DNA of 64,000 nucleotides from Planctomycetota bacterium. Lineage in GTDB: Bacteria > Planctomycetota > PLA2 > JAEUHO01. The notes beneath the pieces were generated by a model. That model saw only the letters and a program-made list of their open reading frames with translations. It had not been told where the DNA came from and ran no database searches. The stretch spans positions 64,001 to 128,000 of the forward strand of contig CBDCWP010000040.1 in assembly GCA_965223505.1 (NCBI GenBank). Reading direction: 5' to 3'. How positions within the stretch are numbered: position 1 is the first letter of the stretch; every line of letters starts with the position of its first letter. The translations under genes and the position numbers were made by a program. Of this stretch, positions 28,875 through 39,591 are shown piece after piece.

Positions 28875-31800
28875 ATGGGGATGAGCCACGAGCCGAGACG
28901 GCCCAGGACGAGCTGGACCGCCTCGCAGAGGAGTTCGTCTCCCGTTCGCGCAAGGGAGAGTCGCCCTCGATCTCGGAGTACGCGCACCGTCATCCCGAGC
29001 ACGCCGACGAGATCCGCGACATCTTCCCGCTGCTCACGGCGATGGAGGGCATCAAGGCGGCCGAGCCCATGGCCGGTACGCACGTCGGTCCGTACGAGAT
29101 CGTCCGGGAGATCGGCCGAGGCGGCATGGGTGTGGTGTACGAGGCCGAGCAGAAGGAGCTCGACCGCCGCGTCGCGCTGAAGATCCTCCCGACGCAAGCG
29201 ACGCTCGATCCACGCTTTCTCGAACGCTTTCGGCTCGAAGCACAGGCGGCGGCCAAGCTCAACCATCCGAACATCGTTCCCGTCATCGGCTACGGCCAGG
29301 CCGACGACATTTCACTACTACTCGATGCAGTACATCGAGGGACGCGGACTGGACGAGCTCATCGCCGACGCCGACGCGTCGGTGGACGGAACCGACGGTG
29401 GCACCGCACGCGCGTACTTCGATCGCGTCGCGCGCATCGGGCTGCAGGCGGCGGAGGCGCTCGCGCATGCGCACGCGCAGGGCGTGCTGCATCGCGACGT
29501 CAAGCCGACCAACGTCATGCTCGACGAGAGCGGCCACTGCTGGATCACCGATTTCGGGCTGTGCCGCCAGGAGGGCTCGGACGGGCTCACGCGCACGGGT
29601 GACGTCCTGGGCACGTTCCGCTACATGCCGCCCGAACGGTTCGCGGGCGTCTCCGACGTGCGTGGCGACATCTATGGCGTCGGCATCACGCTCTACGAGC
29701 TGCTCACGCGACGCCGGGCGTACGAGGGCGACGACGCCGGCGGTTCTCGCGACGCGCATTCCCAACGAGGAGCCGAAGCGCCCCCGCGCGCTGGAGCCAC
29801 GCATTCCGCCGGATCTCGAGACGATCGTGCGCAAGGCGATGGCGCACGACGCCGCGCAGCGTTACGCGACCGCCGAAGCGCTGGCGACGGACCTGCGCGC
29901 GTATCTCGCCGGCCAGCCGATCGCGGCGCGCGCCCCCACCGCCGGCTATCTCCTTCGCAAGGCGATCGGCCGGCACAAGACGCTGACCGCGACGGTGCTC
30001 GTCGCGACGCTGCTGCTCGTGGCGAGCTCCGTGTGGTACGTGCTCGATCTGAAGAAGAAGGAGACGACGGGCGCGCCTGCGCCAGTACGCGGCGAGCATC
30101 GGCGCCGTCGAGGCGGCCATGCGGTCCGGCGACATGCATCGCGCGGCGCGAAACTCTGGACGAGGCGCCGCCCGAGTTCCGCAACTGGGAGTGGCGCCAC
30201 CTGCGAAGCCGCCTCGATCCGACGTTGCGTCGATTCGAGAGTCTTCCGGACGTCGCGAACGACGTGACCTACCACCCCGACGGCACGCACTTCGCCGTCG
30301 TCGTCGGCGACGAGGTCCGCGTCTACGCGGACGCGACCGGCGAGGTCGTATCGAAGCTCACAACGGACGGACGACCCCGATGGGTTCGTTGGCATCCGAG
30401 GGCGCATCAGATCGCGGTCGGAACGTCGAGCGCGCTGGAGCTCTGGACGTGGCCCGGTTGCGAGCGCACGTTCGTCGGCGAGGAGCTCGGCGACCACGCG
30501 AGTGTCGACTACGTGAACGCCGGCACGCAGATCGTCAGCGGCATCGATCCCGGCATCGTCGTCTGCTACGACGCCGAAACCGGCATGCCGATCTCGCGCG
30601 GCACGTTCCCGGCGCGCGTGCTCGCGACCGTCAGCTTTCCAGACGCCGACTTGACGGTCGTCGGGACGGCGGACGGGCGCGTCTGGTGCAAGCGCCGAAG
30701 CGACTGGGCGACGGTCTGGTCGCACGCGTTGAGCCGCTACGGCATCGACGGGCTCGCCGTGCTTCCCGGCGAGCGTGTCGCGGTCACGACGCGCGACGGC
30801 CTGCTGCGCGTGTTCGAAGCGCAGGGCGGCCGCGAGCTTCACACATTTCCCACGACCTCCGGCGCCGGCGGTTTCCTGCACGATCCGACGGGCCGGCGCA
30901 CCATGGTGTTCGACCACGGCAAGCTGCGGGTGCTGGACGACGGCGACGGCAAGGAGCTCTACACGCTCTCTGGTCACCCGTCGCCGCACCGGGGCGCCGT
31001 TCATCCCGAGGGCCGCCGAGCGATCGTGGCGTCGTCCTGGGGTGCGGTCGGCGAGTGGTACCTCGGTGAGACGCGTGATCCGTACGTCTTGACGGGACAC
31101 ATGGACGACGTCGGAACGGCGGACTGCGGCGCTCGCTTCGTCGCGTCCGGCGGCTTCGGCGGCGAGGTTCGTCTCTGGGAGGTCGCGACGGGCGAGCTCG
31201 CGCGCGTGTTCTACGGCACGGGCGGCGTCGTGAACGCGGTGCGGCTGTCGCCGGGCGAACGGCCGGCTCGCGGTAGCGGACAGCGATGGATACATCGCGA
31301 TCTGGAACCTCGAAACGGACGCCGTCGAGCGCCGATGGCGCGTCGACGACGAAGGCGTCGACGAGCTGCGCTGGCTCCCGGACGCACGACACGTCGTGAG
31401 CCTCTCGCGCGATGGGTATCTACGAATCTGGGACGTCGAAACGGGACGAGCCGTGCGCGAGTCGCTCGCCTTCGAACCACTCGAGCGACACGAAGCCGCC
31501 TGGGGACGCATGGCCGTGCGTCGCGACGGGCTTCGAATCGCCACCGGCGTTCGACGTCGGATTCGCGTTTGGGAGACGTCGTCGCTCTCGCAGGTGAGCT
31601 CGTTCGAAGCGCACGATCTCGCGATCACGGGGCTGACGTTCCATCCGAGCGAGGACCGGCTAGCGTCGGTCTCGAACGACCAGACCCTGCGCGTGTGGGT
31701 GCCGTCGACGCGACATCAGAGCGCGGATCCATCAGAGCGCCGACATCGATCGGTCGCTTCGCTGGAGCGCGGGACTGAGCGACGTCATCTACACGCCTGA

Positions 31801-32581
31801 CGGAAGTCGTCTGGTCGCGAGCACGTACAGCGGCGCGGTGCGTTTCTGGGACACCGGTGAGATGCACTCGATCGGGAGCATCAAGCATGCTCGGAGCTGG
31901 ATCACGGAGATCGCCTTCAGCCCCGACGGCGAGCGATTCTTGACGGCGCTCACGAACGGTACGGTGCAGATCTGGGACAGCCGGCTGGTCAAGGAGCGCG
32001 TCGGCGCCTGGGAACGCGCGGCAAAGCTGCGCGCGCGCGCCCGCCCCGTCGTCGAGGAGCTGAGCGAGAGCGCGCATGACCTGGACGCGTTGATCGGCGC
32101 ACTGAAGGCCCGAACGACTCTGGAACCGGACGTGGCGGAGGCCGCGCTACGGCTCCTGTACCACCGGGACGCCTCGCACGAGGGCATGGTTCGTCGCTTG
32201 TGGCGGGCGCTGACGCCCTCGAACGGCGATCCCCATCAGGTCGCGATCGCGCTTTCCCTCGCCCGCGGTCTCTGGCGTGCGACCCGGCATCGTGCGGAAC
32301 AGGATGCGCGCTGCGAGACGCTGCTGCTCGTGGCCTACCACCGTGCCGGCAAGCCGGAGCACGCACGCTGGGCTTTCGAGCAGATCGGCGAGCGCAACCG
32401 GCTTCGCGCGCCGCAGCTGCATGCCGTCGACCTCGCATTCGCATCGATGAGCAGCGCCGATCTGGACGACATGGCGCAAGCGCGAGCCCACCTGCGGGCG
32501 CTCGAGTCGCTGCTCGAGAAGCACCCCGAGCTTCGAACGAAGCGTGTTCTTCAATTCCTGAACGAGGCGCGCGCCAAGTAG
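28875..32581 (+). CDS. Ser/Thr protein kinase with TM and WD40 repeats, multiply frameshifted; start uncertain
   Basis: [47 protein letters not shown] and WD40 repeats spread over several frames. Confidence 0.85.
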
Positions 32582-32586
32582 CGATC

Positions 32587-33678
32587 CTAGATCGTCGCGC
32601 AGAGGATCGCGCCGGCGACGACGATGCTCCAACGCACGCCTTCCGCGGTCTTGCCCCAGGGTCTGTTCTCCATCAGGCCGGCCAGGCTGACGAGGGTCGC
32701 GATGAGGACGGCGCCCAACCAGATCCGTGTGATCGGCGTGAACAACTCGAACGCATACATGAACGCCAGCACGCCGGCGACGGCGAGCGCGACCTGCGCC
32801 GCGACATACGGCGAGACGCGACCCTCTGCGACGGATGACGGACGAGCACCACGCGATCCGATCTCGCGCGGTCGCCATCCCGGTCGCGCAACGAGTACGT
32901 AGAGCTTCTGCCATACCGTCGGGCACGCACGCGCGACGTCGATCATGTGTGCGTAATAGTGCACATTCGCCCAAAGCGGATTCGAGCTCTTCAACGGCAT
33001 CTCGATGCCGTATGCGGGACGCTCCTCCTCCACCTGAAACGTCCCGAACAGCCTGTCCCACACGATCAGGATCGCGCCGTAGTTCTTGCCGCAGTACTTT
33101 GCATCGCGCCCGTGATGCACCCGATGGTGCGAGGGTGTGTTGAACACCGCCTCATACCAGGCCGGCATTCTGCCGATCGCCTCGGTATGCAGGCACAGCG
33201 GATACAGCCGCATGAAGCCGATGATCGTCCAGAACACGACCGGCGTAAATCCGAGCATCGCGACGGGAAGGAAGAAGACGAATCCCGGCAGGTGGTGGAA
33301 CCACGGCTGGCGAAACCCGATCGCGATGTTCATCCGGTCACTGGAGTGGTGAACGATGTGTCCGCCCCAGAGGAAGTTCCACTCGTGACTGAACCTGTGT
33401 GCCCAGTAGTACACGAAGTCCAGCGCGAGGAAGCACCCGAGCACCGACAGCGGCGTGACGTCGAAGCGGGCGGGCGCGAGGTGCGCGAAGACCCACGCGT
33501 AGGCCCCGATGAACAGCGCGAGGTAGAACATCCCGAAGACCTGGCTGCCGGCGCCGATCGACAGGTTCGCGACGGTGTCCCGCGCTCCGTAGAAGCTGCG
33601 CCCGCGACGGCGCCCGTGCGCGTGTTCCAGCAGCGCCACGGCGAGGAAGACGGGGACGGCGTACAGGATGATCTTCAT
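32587..33678 (-). CDS. Sterol desaturase / fatty-acid hydroxylase family (alkylglycerol monooxygenase-like)
   Basis: His boxes YYWAHR, HIVHHSS, LHTE, TPSHHRVHH; KNYGAILIVWDRLFGTF. Confidence 0.9.
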   Translation of the reverse strand: MKIILYAVPVFLAVALLEHAHGRRRGRSFYGARDTVANLSIGAGSQVFGMFYLALFIGAYAWVFAHLAPARFDVTPLSVLGCFLALDFVYYWAHRFSHEWNFLWGGHIVHHSSDRMNIAIGFRQPWFHHLPGFVFFLPVAMLGFTPVVFWTIIGFMRLYPLCLHTEAIGRMPAWYEAVFNTPSHHRVHHGRDAKYCGKNYGAILIVWDRLFGTFQVEEERPAYGIEMPLKSSNPLWANVHYYAHMIDVARACPTVWQKLYVLVARPGWRPREIGSRGARPSSVAEGRVSPYVAAQVALAVAGVLAFMYAFELFTPITRIWLGAVLIATLVSLAGLMENRPWGKTAEGVRWSIVVAGAILCATI

Positions 33679-33737
33679 TGGTCTCCGTACCTACGTGCCC
33701 CCTTCCGCCGCCGGCGGATGGGTGATTTCGGAGGCCG

Positions 33738-34970
33738 ATGACGAAGAGAAGCGCTCCTCTCTGGTTCCGCGCCTTCAACCGCGCCGGCGCGCTCGCGGCC
33801 GGGATGGGCGTGCGGCTCGTCTCGCTGGAGCCCGAAGCGCTCATCCGTCGCGCGCGCCGCCGCACCGGTCTCGACGACCTCGGCGACACGTCGGACCGGG
33901 AAGGACTCGAGCGACTGTGCCTGTCGCTGGAAGACGACGCGCGGCTGAGCCTGGGCGGGCGCATCGTGATGCGCGACAACATCACGAATGCGCTCGTCAA
34001 CCGGTTGCGTCTCCTCGAGGCCCGAAAGCGGACTCCCGCGACGTTCGAGACGCCCCTCGTGGCGCCGCTGATGGTTGTCGGACTTCCGCGCTCCGGAACG
34101 ACGCTCCTGCATCGGCTGCTCGCGCTCGCCGCGGGTGCACGGCCGCTGCTTCTGTGGGAGCTGCTCGAGCCGATGCCCGGACCCGCACCGAACGTTCGAC
34201 GCGATCGCGTTCAGAAGCGTGTCGACATGCTGAAACGGCTGGCACCCGCGTACGCCGCGAAACACCACCTCGATGCCGACGAGCCGGACGAGTGTGCGCT
34301 GCTGCTCGACGGCTGCTTCACCAGCGCGGTGTGGTGCATGCTGGCGCCGGTGTTCGGGTACATCGAGTGGGTCACCGACCGTGATCCCACGCCCGCGTAT
34401 CGGATGTATCGCGCGTACCTGCAACATTTTCAAAGCGCGACGCCTCGTTTACGGCTCACGCTCAAAGCGCCGCTTCACACAGCGTACTTGGACGCCCTGT
34501 TCGCCAACATCCCAAACGTGATGGTCGTGCAGACGCATCGAGATCCGGTCGAAGTGATTCCGAGCCTGATCAGTCTCTTCGAGACGATGTACGGCGTGAT
34601 CAGCGGTGTGGAACGTTCCGCAATTGCGCCGTTTGTCGCAGACGTGCTGGAGATGATGGTCGACCGGAATCTCGATGCGCGCAGCCGCATCTCGTCGGAT
34701 CGGCTCATCGACGTCTCGTACGAAGAGCTCACGAGCGACGCCGTGGGCACGACGCGAAAGATCTACGACCATTTCGACCTCGGGTGGACCGACGGTCACC
34801 AAGCGCGCGTCGAGGCGTGGATGCGAGCCCGCCCACGGCACCGATCGGGCGTCCACACGTACGACCTGCACGGGTCCGGCCTCACCAAACCCGGTCTGGC
34901 GGCTCGATTCGCGACGTACCGCGCCCTCTTCGTCGAACACCCCCGTCGCGGCAGCGTCCGGGTCGGCTGA
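33738..34970 (+). CDS. Sulfotransferase family protein
   Basis: VVGLPRSGTTLLH PAPS loop, LKAPLH, THRDP, SYEEL. Confidence 0.9.
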   Translation: MTKRSAPLWFRAFNRAGALAAGMGVRLVSLEPEALIRRARRRTGLDDLGDTSDREGLERLCLSLEDDARLSLGGRIVMRDNITNALVNRLRLLEARKRTPATFETPLVAPLMVVGLPRSGTTLLHRLLALAAGARPLLLWELLEPMPGPAPNVRRDRVQKRVDMLKRLAPAYAAKHHLDADEPDECALLLDGCFTSAVWCMLAPVFGYIEWVTDRDPTPAYRMYRAYLQHFQSATPRLRLTLKAPLHTAYLDALFANIPNVMVVQTHRDPVEVIPSLISLFETMYGVISGVERSAIAPFVADVLEMMVDRNLDARSRISSDRLIDVSYEELTSDAVGTTRKIYDHFDLGWTDGHQARVEAWMRARPRHRSGVHTYDLHGSGLTKPGLAARFATYRALFVEHPRRGSVRVG

Positions 34971-35189
34971 CGATTCGGCGCCGGTCCCGCTCGCCGGGAG
35001 GGAGCCGCGGCCACGCCGCCTTCTCCGGTCCTTAACACCCGTCCAGATGGATCTAGGGGAGCGCCCAGCGACCGGTACACTTCCGCTTGGCGATGCGACC
35101 TGTGGCGGTTCGGACCGATGTGGTTCGAGTTCCGATAGCCGACTTCCCCGGAGCCCGAACTTGCGAACCCCGAACCCGGTGAGCGGCGT

Positions 35190-36308
35190 ATGCCGATGAC
35201 CCACGCCGACGCGCGGCCGGCGCAGGACCGCGTTCGATTCAAGGCAACGGATCCGTTCCAGCGCAGGCTGCGCGCCGTGGTCGAGCGCTACCTGCGCATG
35301 ACCGGGCGCAGGCCGCGCGACTGCGCATCCATGTACGTCAAGACGGCAATCATCTTCGTGTGGGCGATCGCGTCGTACATCTTGCTCGTCTTCTACGCCT
35401 TCGCGTGGTGGCAGGCCGTCCCCCTGGCCGTCTCCCTGGGACTGGCGACCGCGGCCATCGGCTTCAACGTCCAGCACGACGGCAGCCACAACGCCTACTC
35501 GAACCGCGGATGGGTCAACAAGCTCATGGCCCGGACGCTGGATCTGGTCGGCGCCAGCTCCTTCGTGTGGGCGCGGAAGCACAACACGATCCACCACACG
35601 TACACCAACATCGAAGGCTGGGACGACGACATCAATGTCGGCTTCTTCGGCCGGCTCTCCCCCGCACAGAAGCGCTACCGCTTCCACCGGCTGCAACACC
35701 TTTATCTTTGGGTACTGTACGCATTCCTTCCGATGAAGTGGCAGTGGTACGACGACTTCAAGGACGTCGCGAAGGGCCGGATCAACGCCTACCGGATCAG
35801 CCGGCCGAAGGGCTGGGATCTGGCGTTCCTGATCCTCGGCAAGGCGATCTTCTTCTCGTACGCGCTGGTCTTGCCGGCGCTCTTCCACCCGCTCTGGCTC
35901 GTCCTGTGTATCTACGCGGTGGCGTGCTTCTCGCAGGGTGTCGTATTGAGCGTCGTCTTCCAGATGGCCCACGTGGTGGAAGAGGCCGGTTTCCCGGAGC
36001 CGGACGCCGAGACCGGCCACATGCCGGACTCGTGGGCGGTGCACCAGATTCGAACGACCGTGGACTTCGCCAGGAACAACCGCTTGGTGTCCTGGTACGT
36101 CGGCGGGCTCAATTTCCAGGTCGAGCACCACCTGTTCCCGCGCATCTGTCACGTGCACTACCCGCGGATCTCACGCGTGGTCGAGCGCGCTTGCGCGAAG
36201 GCCGGCATCCCCTATCGCGCGAACGACAAGCTGTGGGGCGCGATCCGCTCCCACTACCGCTGGCTCAAGCGCATGGGCCGTCCGGAATCCGCGACCGCCG
36301 CGGCGTGA
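35190..36308 (+). CDS. Acyl-CoA/fatty acid desaturase (linoleoyl-CoA desaturase-like)
   Basis: His boxes QHDGSH, KHNTIHH.YTN, GGLNFQVEHHLFP. Confidence 0.92.
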   Translation: MPMTHADARPAQDRVRFKATDPFQRRLRAVVERYLRMTGRRPRDCASMYVKTAIIFVWAIASYILLVFYAFAWWQAVPLAVSLGLATAAIGFNVQHDGSHNAYSNRGWVNKLMARTLDLVGASSFVWARKHNTIHHTYTNIEGWDDDINVGFFGRLSPAQKRYRFHRLQHLYLWVLYAFLPMKWQWYDDFKDVAKGRINAYRISRPKGWDLAFLILGKAIFFSYALVLPALFHPLWLVLCIYAVACFSQGVVLSVVFQMAHVVEEAGFPEPDAETGHMPDSWAVHQIRTTVDFARNNRLVSWYVGGLNFQVEHHLFPRICHVHYPRISRVVERACAKAGIPYRANDKLWGAIRSHYRWLKRMGRPESATAAA

Positions 36309-36336
36309 CGATCCGACGAGCGGCGCGGACATGAAA

Positions 36337-36359
36337 TCGGCCGGGACGAGCCCGGCCGA
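36337..36359. terminator. Hairpin terminator between convergent desaturase and RRM genes
   Basis: TCGGCCGGG-ACGAG-CCCGGCCGA perfect 9-bp stem; short T tract on the minus strand. Confidence 0.55.
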
Positions 36360-36392
36360 AGAGATCTCTCGGAGATGTGTGGCGTGAGACGC

Positions 36393-36674
36393 CTACCAGC
36401 GACCGCCGCCGCCGCCACGCGGTTCACGCGGCTTGGCGAGGTTCACCTTGAGGTTGCGACCGCCGAGATCCTGCCCGTCGAGCGCCTGCATGGCGGTCTG
36501 GGCTTCCGCATCGCTGCTCATCTCGACGAAAGCGAAGCCTCGCGGCCTGCCGGTGTCGCGGTCCATGATGACGTTGACACTTGTCACGGTGCCGTGGGCC
36601 GAAAAGGCGTCTGTGATGTCGTCTTCGGTGCTGTCGAACGACAGGTTGCCCACATAGAGTTTGTTCTGAGCCAT
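36393..36674 (-). CDS. RRM RNA-binding protein
   Basis: RNP2 LYVGNL, RNP1 RGFAFVEM, Gly-rich tail. Confidence 0.95.
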   Translation of the reverse strand: MAQNKLYVGNLSFDSTEDDITDAFSAHGTVTSVNVIMDRDTGRPRGFAFVEMSSDAEAQTAMQALDGQDLGGRNLKVNLAKPREPRGGGGGRW

Positions 36675-37059
36675 TGTGATTTTCGAGTCCTTGATTCCTT
36701 GCCCCGGAACCGGAGTTCTCATCCGACGCCTTAGGGGCTCTTGCTTGTGATGACAAAGCCGCTAAGGCGACCGCGCTGAGTGGGTCGAGCCTGGCTCGTC
36801 CCCAGACGCATCGATGAGCGAAAGAAGATCTGTCGCGGCGATCGTACTCCGCTTCGGCCCGACCGGCCCGTTCCCCTTGCCGGCCCCCGAAAATCCGCGT
36901 CGGGCCAGGCGCGAGGCCGAGGTGACGTGTGCTCCCGCGGGGCCTCACGGCGGGCTACCGAGGGCTAACAGCACGCTTCCCGGAACAGAATCGGAAATTC
37001 CGGTTGGGTCGCCGGGGCCGGATTGACGACAGGGACTCCGCAATTGCCGTGTCGATTCC

Positions 37060-37752
37060 GTGCCCCCCGGGAAGCGACGCGCGGCCTTGTGGTGCCGGAA
37101 TGTCGGTCGGGCCTTAGGGAGACCCGCCCTGGAACTTCAAATCCCCCCCTGTCGCAGGCGCCGGAAATCCGCGGAGGGCGGATTCACCGTCCTCGAAGCG
37201 CTGATGGGCGCGATCGTCCTCGCCATCGCGCTCCTGGGTCACTTGGCCAGCACCGGTACCGAGCAGCGACTGTCCGAGCAGCAACGCGTTCGCAGCTCCG
37301 TGCTTCAGACCAGCCGCCAGTTCATGGAGCGACTACGCTCCGACGAGGACTGGGCCGGGCTCTACAGCCGTCTCCGCTCCATTCAGGTTGCGACCGCCCT
37401 CGACGGCAAGACGGGAACGGCGCTTCAGAGCGGAAAGCTGGCCTGGGCACCGGACGACTACTTCGACGGCATCGTCCTTCCGTCGTTCCTCGACGACCTC
37501 CGCGTGCGCGTCGAGGTGCCGATGACGCCGACGACGGTCGCCGCAGGCGGAACGGCCATGCGCCTGCGCGAAGACGCCAACCTGACGCGATTCGGCCTGC
37601 CGAAGGACCTGAACGGCGACGGCCTGATCGACGCGGACCCGCGCGACAACGACTACGTCGCGCTGCCCGTCGAGGTGACGTTCCGATGGGTGTTGCGCGG
37701 CCGCGGCCCGCGTGAGCTGCGCGTGAGCACGTGGCTGAGAGGAGACCGCTAA
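37060..37752 (+). CDS. Type IV pilin/pseudopilin-like protein; start uncertain
   Basis: Class III signal EGG/FTVLEALM plus hydrophobic helix; DLNGDGLID loop; TAATG coupling to next gene. Confidence 0.7.
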   Translation: MPPGKRRAALWCRNVGRALGRPALELQIPPCRRRRKSAEGGFTVLEALMGAIVLAIALLGHLASTGTEQRLSEQQRVRSSVLQTSRQFMERLRSDEDWAGLYSRLRSIQVATALDGKTGTALQSGKLAWAPDDYFDGIVLPSFLDDLRVRVEVPMTPTTVAAGGTAMRLREDANLTRFGLPKDLNGDGLIDADPRDNDYVALPVEVTFRWVLRGRGPRELRVSTWLRGDR

Positions 37753-38336
37753 TGCGCATCCCCACACATCGGTCGCAACGGGGCTTCACCGCCCTCGAGG
37801 TCATGATCGTGATCATCATCCTCGCGACGGGCATGCTCGGTCTCGGCAAGGCCATGCGAACGGCCTACGGTCTGGCGGGCGACTCGCAGCTCATGACCCA
37901 GGCACACGCCGAGCACCGCAAGAACTTCGAGATCATCGCCAACGTTCTGCGTCAGGCGGACGTCAACACGCTCGACGGCTTCGTCGAGTCGGGACCTCCC
38001 GGCGAGGAAGTCATGACGTGCGCCAACCCGCGCTTCGATCGGGTGGTCGGCTCGAACGCGGACGGCCGCGTTTGGGGCGACACCGAGGAGCTGCGTTGGG
38101 AGAACGCGCCGTCCGTGAACGGCGTTGCCCAGCCCGGCAAGTTGATGCTGTATCGCCTCGCGGCGGACGGGACCGAGCTCGCGAAGCGCAAGATCGGTCG
38201 CAACATTCCGTCCGGAGGCTTCCTGCTGCGCCAGGAAGGGCGAACACTCGTCATCAAGCTCACCACCTACTACGTGATGCCAGGACGCGAACCGCACTTC
38301 GTACACAGTGAGACCGCTGTGTCGCTGAGGAACTAG
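37752..38336 (+). CDS. Type IV pilin/pseudopilin (prepilin N-terminal methylation motif)
   Basis: QRG/FTALEVMIVIIIL; C-terminal VSLRN. Confidence 0.8.
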   Translation: MRIPTHRSQRGFTALEVMIVIIILATGMLGLGKAMRTAYGLAGDSQLMTQAHAEHRKNFEIIANVLRQADVNTLDGFVESGPPGEEVMTCANPRFDRVVGSNADGRVWGDTEELRWENAPSVNGVAQPGKLMLYRLAADGTELAKRKIGRNIPSGGFLLRQEGRTLVIKLTTYYVMPGREPHFVHSETAVSLRN

Positions 38337-38340
38337 CTGC

Positions 38341-39585
38341 ATGCAGTCCAAATTCGAATGCCGCCGCTCGTCCGGCGAAGCGGGAATGATGATCATCGTC
38401 GTTTCGTTCGTGGTGATCCTCGTTGCCGGGCTCTCTCTCGGATTTCTTACGAACGGCATGGCCGAGCGCACGTCCGTCATCCATCACGAGACGAGCATGC
38501 ATGCCCTCGAGATCGCCGAGATGGGTCTGGTCCACGCCGAGAGCCGGATCCGCGGCAAGCTCGCGGCCGACTCCGACACGCTGACCGACACGTACGCCAA
38601 CGGCGAGTACGAGGTCGGCATCGAGCGCGACCCCGTGCGCCGTCACCGCTGGACGCTCAAGGCCAGATCGGGCAAGGGGCTGAGCGAGCGGCGTATCGAG
38701 GTCGAGCTGCGCGTCTTCCAGCTCGGCGACTTCACGCACGGCCTGTTCGGCAAGCAGTCGCTCGACATCCGCTCCACCTCCACGACCGACTCGTTCGACA
38801 GCCGGCTCGGCCCCTACCTCACGCAGGCGGTCAACGTGGACGCCTACGGCCCGTATGCCGACGCCGACGCCCACGCCGGCAGCAACGGCCCGGTCGGGCT
38901 GGACGGCACCTCAAAGGTCCGCGGCGACGCGATTCCCGGCCCGCTGAGCACGACGACGATCGTCGGTGACTCGTCGGTTTTGGGCGACACCGTGCCGCTG
39001 GAGCAGGAGGTCCCGATCCCGGACACGCCGTACGACGAGTTCGCCGCGGCGCTCGCGTCCAACAACAACGGCGAGATCGGAAACGGCCAGGGCATCCAGT
39101 ACAACGCCGCGACCTACTCGTTGCGCGTCAACGCCGGCGGCAACGTGGTGTTGTCGGGCGGTACGTACTTCTTCACCGACCTGATCCTCCAGGGCGGCGG
39201 CATGCTCACGATCAACGGCCCCTCGACGTTCTACGTCACGGGACGGTTAAACGTCGGCGGCGGCCAATTGGTCAACCCGTCCGGGCTGGCGCAGAACCTG
39301 ATCGTGAATGCGCACCCGTACGCGCTCCCGCAGGGACACAACCCGAGCGACCTGCAGTTGGTCGTGAACGGCAGCGCTTCGACGGCGATGGCGGTCTACG
39401 CGCCGGAGCGCGACATCATGGTCGACGGCGGGAGTCCGTTCTTCGGTTCGATCGTCGGTCGTAGCGTCACGCTGCAGGGCGGAACCCAGTTCCACTACGA
39501 CCGCGCGCTGGGCGATCTCTCCTGGGATCGCAAGGCCCGGGTCGAGCGCGTGTACTGGCGCGAAGCCACACCCCCTCCGAGGTAG
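38341..39585 (+). CDS. PilX/GspK-like large minor pilin with beta-rich C-terminus
   Basis: EAG/MMIIV lacking Glu5; ALEIAEMGL; DSFDS, VYAP, FFGSIVG, FHYD. Confidence 0.7.
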   Translation: MQSKFECRRSSGEAGMMIIVVSFVVILVAGLSLGFLTNGMAERTSVIHHETSMHALEIAEMGLVHAESRIRGKLAADSDTLTDTYANGEYEVGIERDPVRRHRWTLKARSGKGLSERRIEVELRVFQLGDFTHGLFGKQSLDIRSTSTTDSFDSRLGPYLTQAVNVDAYGPYADADAHAGSNGPVGLDGTSKVRGDAIPGPLSTTTIVGDSSVLGDTVPLEQEVPIPDTPYDEFAAALASNNNGEIGNGQGIQYNAATYSLRVNAGGNVVLSGGTYFFTDLILQGGGMLTINGPSTFYVTGRLNVGGGQLVNPSGLAQNLIVNAHPYALPQGHNPSDLQLVVNGSASTAMAVYAPERDIMVDGGSPFFGSIVGRSVTLQGGTQFHYDRALGDLSWDRKARVERVYWREATPPPR

Positions 39586-39591
39586 ACGACC

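Noticed and set aside
28875..32581. Programmed frameshifting or several separate kinase/WD40 genes
   Set aside because: No slippery heptamers noticed; the pattern matches scattered sequencing indels in one gene
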